From the NCBI RefSeq assembly GCF_009914755.1, contig NC_060932.1: a DNA stretch of 64,000 nucleotides, one strand, 5' to 3'. Positions within the stretch are counted from its first letter, which is position 1, and each line of letters starts with the position of its first letter. Position numbers and translations under genes: made by a program. The notes beneath the pieces were generated by a model. That model made no database searches. It saw only the letters and a list, made by a program, of their open reading frames with translations, and was not told the DNA's origin. Positions 1 to 9,127 of this stretch are shown one piece after another. This DNA is from the human T2T-CHM13v2.0 reference genome, Homo sapiens.

Positions 1-850
1 CACATTTTTTCTCTGCACCTGGCATTTTTCATTTGGAGATCTTTTATATTAGCACATACATAGATATACCCCATTCTTCTTCACAGCTGTAATTACTCCA
101 CAGCATGGAAGTACTTGCTTGTGATTGACATTATAAACAATGATGTAATTACTATAAACAATGATGTAATTACCACCCTTGTACATATATATTTTTAGCA
201 CTTGTATATCTGTGGAATAATTCCTAGAAGTGATATTGCTGTTTCAAAACTTACATGCTTTATTAGTATGTTTTTTCACTGCTCATAAAGACATACCTGA
301 GACTGGGTAATTATAAAGAACAAGAGGTTTAATGGACTCACCGTTTCACATGGCTGAGGAGGCCTCACAATCATGGCAGAAGGCAAAGGAGGAGCAAAGT
401 CACTCCTTACATAGCAGCAGGCAAGAGAGCTTTTTCAGGAGAACTCCCATTTGTAAAACCATCAGATCTGTGAGACTTATTCACTACCAGGAGAACGGTA
501 TGGGGGAACTGCCCCCATGATTCAATTATCTTCACCTGGCCCCCACCCTTGACACGTGGGGATCATTACAATTAAAAGTGAGATTTGGGTGAGATTTGGG
601 TGGGGACACAGCCAAACTATATCACATGCATTTCAAAATTTGATAGATATTACCATTTCTACCAAAGATACAGTATCAATTTCTTTCCCCTCAACAGCAT
701 ATGAAAGTGCCCCTTTCCTCACATCATCACAACCACTGAGTATTATCAAACTAACTGTTCATTCTTTTCTACTCTAATAGGTGAAATATTATATCTTATT
801 GATTTCAAATGCAATTATTTAATTATGAATGATCAGTGGTTTTTCAAATA
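1..850 (-). mobile_element. Old L1M (L1MC/ME-like) 3' fragment, antisense, split by a THE1 LTR
   Basis: T-rich degenerate L1 3'-end phrases (ttcctagaagtgatattgctg; catatgaaagtgcccctttcctcacatc) continue on both sides of the LTR. Boundaries approximate. Confidence 0.55.
259..624 (-). mobile_element. THE1 (THE1C/D-like) MaLR solo LTR
   Basis: Matches THE1 reverse consensus (acatacctgagactgggtaa...ggggacacagccaaactatatca). 5-bp TSD CATGC at 254-258 and 625-629. Confidence 0.9.
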
Positions 851-1249
851 CATTTATAAGTCTGGGAAGTTATTTATTAAACACTAATTTAGATATTTTC
901 CTGGATGCATTAATATTTTTTCAGACTCCCCCCCAAGTAAAAGAAAGTTCTAGGATGTGATGGAGCATTGAGTCCAGTGGGGCCATGCCTCTTGCCTGGC
1001 AACACTATTTGTTATAATAAAATAAGTCATGGTGGACCTATGTTCTCTATAATAGTAATGAGATGAAGGAGACAAGTGAAAAAAGGGTAGTGGGATCATG
1101 ACTTAATTTCAAAGGGCCTAGATGAATGATAGCAAGTCTTCAAATGGTCAACAGAACTTCCCCAAAGAGATGACACACATTAGGCATAACAGACAGTGTT
1201 TTGATTGCAATTCCTAGACTCTAGTATTTGCGTAACACTTTATACTCAG

Positions 1250-1480
1250 AGCACAGACATTGGGATCTGATATCCCTGGTTCTGCCACTTCTCTGTGTGG
1301 CCTTAGCAATGTTCCTTAATCTAACTGACCTCAATTTCCTCTTCTCTAGTTAAATAAGAATTGTAACCTTAATAACTAGCTTCTAAAGTTTTTAGGACTA
1401 TTAAATGAGATAATTGCTATATATAAAGTACTTTGCACAAACTTTACACATAGTGGGCCCTCAATAAAAGTTTGTTATTA
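1250..1480. mobile_element. MIR relic
   Basis: MIR core phrases: tctgccactt..tgtgtggccttagcaa..cttaatct..cctcaatttcctc..ttaaatgagataa. Confidence 0.65.
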
Positions 1481-1719
1481 TTATTATGACAATTTTACCC
1501 ATGACTTTATTCACATTGTATGGCTAATTTGAGACAAGAACTCCTTTCATCTGCTTCTAGGAGCCTAGGTCTTTTGCCACTCATAGAGTAAAATAGCATG
1601 ATAACCAGCTCTTTGTTACTTCCCCAAACAATATGAGGTAGGATCAAAAACTCAGCTCATGCTGTAGGGAATTTTGAGTTAACTCCAAGGAGGAAATCCC
1701 CCATGAGCAAGGTTCTTAG

Positions 1720-1847
1720 CCCATTTTTTGCCGAGTGTTCCATTATTGGAATGCTAAGCATGTGAGAGTTATTTATATCCTGCTCAAGGTCATTGCCAAG
1801 GTCTGATTGCAAAAATTCAAAAAATTGCAACCCCAGGCATAAATGGG
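1720..1847 (+). mobile_element. MER85 piggyBac (PGBD3-derived) MITE
   Basis: Terminal inverted repeats CCCATTTTTTGCC...GGCATAAATGGG, internal GTTCCATTATTGGAA palindrome, TTAA at 1848-1851 and TTAG at 1716-1719 (piggyBac TTAA target, one copy mutated). Confidence 0.9.
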
Positions 1848-1894
1848 TTAAATTTTTCAAAAGGAGGGTTAAGGGTTCCCCATTTCTTTAAGTA

Positions 1895-2455
1895 GATGTT
1901 TCTCAGTTCTAGCTGTTCATTATAATCCTCTGGGAAGCTTTTAAACAATGCTTATGCTCAGGCCTCCCATACCCAGTGTTATTAGGCTGTTCTCACATTG
2001 CTATAAAGAAATACCTGAGACTGGATAATTTATAAAGAAAATAAGGTTAATTGGCTCATGGTTCTGCAGGCTGTACAGGAAGCATGGTGGCATTTGCTTC
2101 TGGGGAGGCCTCAAGAAGCTTCCAATAGCGGCAAAAGGCAAAGGGGGAGAAGGCACGTCACATGATGGGAATGGAGCAAGGGCAAGGGAGGTGCTACACA
2201 CTTTTAAATGACCAAATCTTGCAAGAACTCACTCATCAACGCAAAGACAGCACCAAGCCATGAGGGATCTGGCACCATGACCCAAACACCTCCCACCAGG
2301 CCCCATCTCCAGCATTAGGGATTACAATTCAACATGAGACACTGGCAAGGATAAATATGCAAACTATATCACCCAGAGATTCTGATTTAATTGTCTGGGG
2401 TTGGGGCTGGCTTTGGTATTTTTAAAAACATGTAGTCAGACTAGAGAACCACTGC
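1895..2455. mobile_element. MER5-type hAT MITE interrupted by an MST LTR
   Basis: tttctca...aatcctctgggaagcttttaa...cccag | cccagagattctgatttaattg...gagaaccactg reads as one continuous MER5 when the LTR is removed. Confidence 0.7.
1977..2371 (-). mobile_element. MST (MSTA/B-like) MaLR solo LTR
   Basis: cattgctataaagaaatacctgagactgg...caaactatatca. 5-bp TSD CCCAG at 1972-1976 and 2372-2376. Confidence 0.88.
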
Positions 2456-2491
2456 AAAGCAGAGCTGCTCAGTGGCTCATGAATGTTGGTG

Positions 2492-2657
2492 CAGTGGTTC
2501 TCAATCTTGGCTGCCTGATAGAATCACCAAATGAGCATTGATGTTGGGCCTTATCCACAGAGATTCTGATTTAATTGGTCTTGGGTGTAACTTAGTCATC
2601 AGGATTTCTAAAATCTCCTCTGGTAATACTAATGTGCATCCAAGGTTGAAAACCACT
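2492..2657. mobile_element. MER5A hAT MITE (a further MER5-like piece follows to ~2770)
   Basis: cagtggttctcaatcttggctgc...cagagattctgatttaattggtc...caaggttgaaaaccact. Confidence 0.8.
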
Positions 2658-3461
2658 CTGAAAGACTCTAGATTTTGGAGCTTCATCCATAGAAATTTCC
2701 TTTTAGGTCTGGAATGGAGTCGTGGTACATTTATTTTTAATAAACACCCCAGGTGTTTGTGTTGTTTGTACATAACTGAAGTAGAGGCTAAAAAAGGGCT
2801 GTACTTAGACATCTCTTCTACAGCATCCTCCAATGTAGCTAAAATAATAGAAAACTTACAAACCGAATAAGATGGTATTATACAATGTTAGGATCCTCTA
2901 TTAGCACAGTTCACTAAATGACCTGTTGAGTAACTAATCTTTGTACAACATTGCTGTTCATAATGATTAGATATTTTCTGAATTGCTCCTCAAAGATCTC
3001 TGTGATCTATGTGTTGTTCTTAACACCCTTATTTTACTACAAATGTGCTGAGGGTCAGAGAAGTTCTGGGATTTGGGTAAATTCACAATAGTTGTCGTCA
3101 GGATGCTAACCCCTGATTATTTGATACCAAATTTCATGTTATTTCATTTTACTTTCCAGAGTGTATATAAAGATAGTTGGAAAAGGCACAGTTAGTTTAA
3201 TAGTATACCATAAAAACTAAGGATAATTACCATTGTTGGTTATTGCATAGTAAATTCTGCAAGTATTCTGAGTGGGAAATTTTGATTGATGGTAAACCTT
3301 GAAGTAGTCAGGTAAATCTTATTTGTAAACATTTGAAGTAAGAAACCAGCAAAGGGATGAACACATTGAAATTTTGGTGAGGACTTTGCAGCTTGTTTAG
3401 GTAATTCAATGAGCTGTATCTAGTTGAATAACTACAGCCTCCATCTCTTCCCTTTTGTCAG

Positions 3462-3596
3462 GTGTGCCAAAGAGCCTGAATTACAGTGGTGTGAAAGAGC
3501 TTATTTTAGCAGTCGACGGGGTGCTGTCTGTGCACAGCCTGCACATCTGGTCTCTAACAATGAATCAAGTAATTCTCTCAGCTCATGTTGCTACAG
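3462..3596 (+). CDS. SLC30A8: ZnT8 zinc transporter, penultimate coding exon (135 bp; G277-T321)
   Basis: Pyrimidine tract + AG at 3460-3461, donor GTCAGT at 3597. Reads (G)[44 protein letters not shown], the CDF-family cytosolic domain with the HxLHIW motif. Phase 1 at both ends. Confidence 0.97.
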
Positions 3597-4963
3597 GTCA
3601 GTGAGTTTTGTAAACACCCTGGAAAAAATTCAGTCCTTGTCCTGTAAAGTCAGTAATTTCCCTTCTTTTTGTAGAGCTGCCCTTATTGTCTGTTGCTTGT
3701 CAAAACATTATAAAGTGTTTTCTATTACCAAGGGCCTTTAAAACCAGCCCACTTATTGATGTTGTCATAGCAACAGTGATACCCACGACATTCTTGGGGC
3801 TGACTGCAGAGGGCTGAGGACAGACAGAACAAAGGACTAAAATGCAACCGCCACTTCAAGGCCTTGGACTCTGAATATTCAACTTCATCTGTTTGGCTTG
3901 GTGCCCTATCAGTCAAATAATAGGAATGAATTAAAAACTTAATCTTAATTGAGTATCTCCTATGTATAAGATGTTTTTCCTGGCACTGAAAATAGGAAGA
4001 TGAAAGAGACACCGGCCCCACTCTTAAATTTCTAACAAGCTAATGGATGTGCTAATAGGAATTATGGTGGGGTCCCACACCGTATGATTAGAAATTCTGT
4101 AGCCATGTGAGAAAATTCTTATAATACTAGGTTTATACTAAAATTACTTTTTCAAGAAGTTAATTTTGTCTCTGATATGTCCTAGAGCTGGGAGGATAGG
4201 CAGTGGGAGGGCATTTACTGCCTCAAGAGAAAGCTCAGGCCAAGGATAACACATTAGGCTGCTAAAAAATGACTCAAGGAGTTACTTAGGGGCAGGGGAC
4301 AGGAACACTAGTGACGGTCATTTGAAAACTGTGCTTTCTCAGACATCGTCATCTTCTCGAAGGGGCTTAGGTCTGACTTGAGGGAATTTACAGCATTCAC
4401 TATGCCAATATTTCACTGCAAATGGAAGAATCTAGTAAACACTCAGGTTGCTATGGAGGAGACTTTACAGCCTGCTGATAGCATTTGGGACAGGAAAAAA
4501 ATGGCAGTGAGGGTTGCTGCTCTAAGAAAGGTCTGTGGGGAGCTCTAAACGCTTCCTGGTTCCTGTCACTATCCTTGATATAAATTCTGATTACATACAA
4601 AGCCTGCAACCCAGAGATCCCTGGGAGCTGGTGAGCAGGGCTGTATAAGAAATAATAGTTCTGTCTTGGCTTTTTCCAGGGCTTGTCTCCCCTTCCATAG
4701 TAAGCTCCTAGGAATGCCAGACTCCAGAGATAACAGTGGACAGAAAGAGTTCCCATAGCGACAGGGCACTTTGCTGCACTAGAGTTTCCCCTGCCTTGTC
4801 TGTGTGAATGTAGCTGATTATCAGAGCAAACGTGGCTTCCTCTGAGTGCCCTGCCTCTGCCCCACCCCAGCAGGTCAAAGACAAAGTACTTGAAGTTGGA
4901 GTCAGAGCAGTCGCCCATGCGTGTGCAATCAGTGCTAATCTCCCTGTGCTTCTTTATCAACAG

Positions 4964-5109
4964 CAGCCAGCCGGGACAGCCAAGTGGTTCGGAGAGAAAT
5001 TGCTAAAGCCCTTAGCAAAAGCTTTACGATGCACTCACTCACCATTCAGATGGAATCTCCAGTTGACCAGGACCCCGACTGCCTTTTCTGTGAAGACCCC
5101 TGTGACTAG
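4964..5109 (+). CDS. SLC30A8: ZnT8 last coding exon (A322-D369, stop TAG)
   Basis: Branch-like CTAAT 4935-4939, CAG acceptor 4961-4963. Reads [48 protein letters not shown], in frame with the previous exon and identical to the human ZnT8 C-terminus as I recall it. Confidence 0.98.
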
Positions 5110-7542
5110 CTCAGTCACACCGTCAGTTTCCCAAATTTGACAGGCCACCTTCAAACATGCTGCTATGCAGTTTCTGCATCATAGAAAATAAGGAACCAAA
5201 GGAAGAAATTCATGTCATGGTGCAATGCACATTTTATCTATTTATTTAGTTCCATTCACCATGAAGGAAGAGGCACTGAGATCCATCAATCAATTGGATT
5301 ATATACTGATCAGTAGCTGTGTTCAATTGCAGGAATGTGTATATAGATTATTCCTGAGTGGAGCCGAAGTAACAGCTGTTTGTAACTATCGGCAATACCA
5401 AATTCATCTCCCTTCCAATAATGCATCTTGAGAACACATAGGTAAATTTGAACTCAGGAAAGTCTTACTAGAAATCAGTGGAAGGGACAAATAGTCACAA
5501 AATTTTACCAAAACATTAGAAACAAAAAATAAGGAGAGCCAAGTCAGGAATAAAAGTGACTCTGTATGCTAACGCCACATTAGAACTTGGTTCTCTCACC
5601 AAGCTGTAATGTGATTTTTTTTTCTACTCTGAATTGGAAATATGTATGAATATACAGAGAAGTGCTTACAACTAATTTTTATTTACTTGTCACATTTTGG
5701 CAATAAATCCCTCTTATTTCTAAATTCTAACTTGTTTATTTCAAAACTTTATATAATCACTGTTCAAAAGGAAATATTTTCACCTACCAGAGTGCTTAAA
5801 CACTGGCACCAGCCAAAGAATGTGGTTGTAGAGACCCAGAAGTCTTCAAGAACAGCCGACAAAAACATTCGAGTTGACCCCACCAAGTTGTTGCCACAGA
5901 TAATTTAGATATTTACCTGCAAGAAGGAATAAAGCAGATGCAACCAATTCATTCAGTCCACGAGCATGATGTGAGCACTGCTTTGTGCTAGACATTGGGC
6001 TTAGCATTGAAACTATAAAGAGGAATCAGACGCAGCAAGTGCTTCTGTGTTCTGGTAGCAACTCAACACTATCTGTGGAGAGTAAACTGAAGATGTGCAG
6101 GCCAACATTCTGGAAATCCTATGTCAATGGGTTTGGTTTGGAACCTGGACTTCTGCATTTTTAAAAGTTACCCAGAGATGCTTCTAAAGATGAGCCATAG
6201 TCTAGAAGATTGTCAACCACAGGAGTTCATTGAGTGGGACAGCTAGACACATACATTGGCAGCTACAATAGTATCATGAATTGCAATGATGTAGTGGGGT
6301 ATAAAAGGAAAGCGATGGATATTGCCGGATGGGCATGGCCAGTGATGTTTCACGTCATTGAGGTGACAGCTCTGCTGGACTTTGAATTACATATGGAGGC
6401 TCTCCAGGAAGACGAAGAAGAGAAGGACATTCTAGGCAAAAAGAAGACTAGGCACAAGGCACACTTATGTTTGTCTGTTAGCTTTTAGTTGAAAAAGCAA
6501 AATACATGATGCAAAGAAACCTCTCCACGCTGTGATTTTTAAAACTACATACTTTTTGCAACTTTATGGTTATGAGTATTGTAGAGAACAGGAGATAGGT
6601 CTTAGATGATTTTTATGTTGTTGTCAGACTCTAGCAAGGTACTAGAAACCTAGCAGGCATTAATAATTGTTGAGGCAATGACTCTGAGGCTATATCTGGG
6701 CCTTGTCATTATTTATCATTTATATTTGTATTTTTTTCTGAAATTTGAGGGCCAAGAAAACATTGACTTTGACTGAGGAGGTCACATCTGTGCCATCTCT
6801 GCAAATCAATCAGCACCACTGAAATAACTACTTAGCATTCTGCTGAGCTTTCCCTGCTCAGTAGAGACAAATATACTCATCCCCCACCTCAGTGAGCTTG
6901 TTTAGGCAACCAGGATTAGAGCTGCTCAGGTTCCCAACGTCTCCTGCCACATCGGGTTCTCAAAATGGAAAGAATGGTTTATGCCAAATCACTTTTCCTG
7001 TCTGAAGGACCACTGAATGGTTTTGTTTTTCCATATTTTGCATAGGACGCCCTAAAGACTAGGTGACTTGGCAAACACACAAGTGTTAGTATAATTCTTT
7101 GCTTCTGCTTCTTTTTGAAAATCATGTTTAGATTTGATTTTAAGTCAGAAATTCACTGAATGTCAGGTAATCATTATGGAGGGAGATTTGTGTGTCAACC
7201 AAAGTAATTGTCCCATGGCCCCAGGGTATTTCTGTTGTTTCCCTGAAATTCTGCTTTTTTAGTCAGCTAGATTGAAAACTCTGAACAGTAGATGTTTATA
7301 TGGCAAAATGCAAGACAATCTACAAGGGAGATTTTAAGGATTTTGAGATGAAAAAACAGATGCTACTCAGGGGCTTTATGAACCATCCATCAATTCTGAA
7401 GTTCTGACTCTCCCATTACCCTTTCCCTGGTGTGGTCAGAACTCCAGGTCACTGGAAGTTAGTGGAATCATGTAGTTGAATTCTTTACTTCAAGACATTG
7501 TATTCTCTCCAGCTATCAAAACATTAATGATCTTTTATGTCT

Positions 7543-7660
7543 TTTTTTTGTTATTGTTATACTTTAAGTTCTGGGGTACATGTGCGGAACATGTAGGTTT
7601 GTTACATAGGTATACATGTGCCATGGTGGTTTGCTGCACTCATCAACCTGTCATCTACAT
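7543..7660 (-). mobile_element. Very short 5'-truncated L1PA 3' end, antisense in the 3'UTR
   Basis: T tract then tatactttaagttctggggtacatgtgc...tcatctacat. 12-bp TSD TCTTTTATGTCT at 7531-7542 and 7661-7672. Confidence 0.88.
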
Positions 7661-7899
7661 TCTTTTATGTCTGTCTTTCAAAGCAACACTCTGTTCTTCT
7701 GAGTAGTGAAATCAGGTCAACTTTACCACCAGCCTCCATTTTTAATATGCTTCACCATCATCCAGCACCTACTTAAGATTTATCTAGGGCTCTGTGGTGA
7801 TGTTAGGACCCATAAAAGAAATTTATGCCTTCCATATGTTTGGTTACAGATGGGAAATGGGAATGTTGAAGGACATGAAAGAAAGGATGTTTACACATT

Positions 7900-8120
7900 A
7901 AGCATCAGTTCTGAAGCTAGATTGTCTGAGTTTGAATCTTAGCTCTTCCCTTTATTAGCTCTGTGACCTCGAGCTAGTTACTTAAATGCTCTGATCCTCT
8001 ATTTCCTGATCAGTAAAACCTCCCTATTCAAATGTGTGAGAGTTTAATAAATTAGGACACTTAAAAATGTTGGAGCAGTGCATAGCATGTAGTGTTCAGT
8101 ACATGTTAAATGTTGTTTTT
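7900..8120. mobile_element. MIR in 3'UTR
   Basis: gagtttgaatcttagctct..ttattagctctgtgacctc..agttacttaa..tttcctgatcagtaaaa. Confidence 0.7.
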
Positions 8121-9121
8121 TATTATGTACAAACATGAGTGGGCACAGAATTTTAAATCATCTCAACTTTTGAGAAATTTTGAGTTATCAACACCGTTCC
8201 CACAAGACAGTGGCAAAATTATTGGTGAGAATTAAACAGCTGTTTCTCAGAGGAAGCAATGGAGGCTTGCTGGGATAAAGGCATTTACTGAGAGGCTGTT
8301 ACCTAGTGAGAGTGATGAATTAATTAAAATAGTCGAATCCCTTTCTGACTGTCTCTGAAAGCTTCCGCTTTTATCTTTGAAGAGCAGAATTGTCACTCCA
8401 AGGACATTTATTAATAAAAAGAACAACTGTCCAGTGCAATGAAGGCAAAGTCATAGGTCTCCCAAGTCTTACCCCATTCCTGTGAAATATCAAGTTCTTG
8501 GCTTTTCTCTGTCATGTAGCCTCAACTTTCTCTGACCGGGTGCATTTCTTTCTCTGGTTTCTAAATTGCCAGTGGCAAATTTGGATCACTTACTTAATAT
8601 CTGTTAAATTTTGTGACCCAACAAAGTCTTTTAGCACTGTGGTGTCAAAAAGAAAAACACCTCCCAGGCATATACATTTTATAGATTCCTGGAGAATGTT
8701 GCTCTCCAGCTCCATCCCCACCCAATGAAATATGATCCAGAGAGTCTTGCAAAGAGACAAGCCTCATTTTCCACAATTAGCTCTAAAGTGCCTCCAGGAA
8801 ATGATTTTCTCAGCTCATCTCTCTGTATTCCCTGTTTTGGATCACAGGGCAATCTGTTTAAATGACTAATTACAGAAATCATTAAAGGCACCAAGCAAAT
8901 GTCATCTCTGAATACACACATCCCAAGCTTTACAAATCCTGCCTGGCTTGACAGTGATGAGGCCACTTAACAGTCCAGCGCAGGCGGATGTTAAAAAAAA
9001 TAAAAAGGTGACCATCTGCGGTTTAGTTTTTTAACTTTCTGATTTCACACTTAACGTCTGTCATTCTGTTACTGGGCACCTGTTTAAATTCTATTTTAAA
9101 ATGTTAATGTGTGTTGTTTAA

Positions 9122-9127
9122 AATAAA
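9122..9127 (+). terminator. SLC30A8: Distal polyadenylation signal AATAAA
   Basis: AATAAA preceded by a T-rich tract and followed ~20 nt later by GTTTGGGTT...TCTTTTT. Another AATAAA at 8999-9004. Confidence 0.65.

Noticed and set aside
132-173. 21-bp tandem duplication TATAAACAATGATGTAATTAC x2
   Set aside because: Ordinary slippage inside an old L1. Similar short duplications occur near 38813, 38929, 49577 and 56591.
3424-3741. 105-aa ORF over the penultimate exon
   Set aside because: Different frame from the real ZnT8 exon, non-ATG start, no recognisable protein.
5030-5036. MRE core TGCACTC in a zinc-transporter exon
   Set aside because: TGCRCNC is expected roughly once per kb by chance, and here it is constrained by codons M344-H345-S346.
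4451-5140. 169-aa minus ORF and 102-aa plus ORF around the last exon
   Set aside because: Off-frame or antisense shadows in moderately GC-rich sequence, with no family resemblance.
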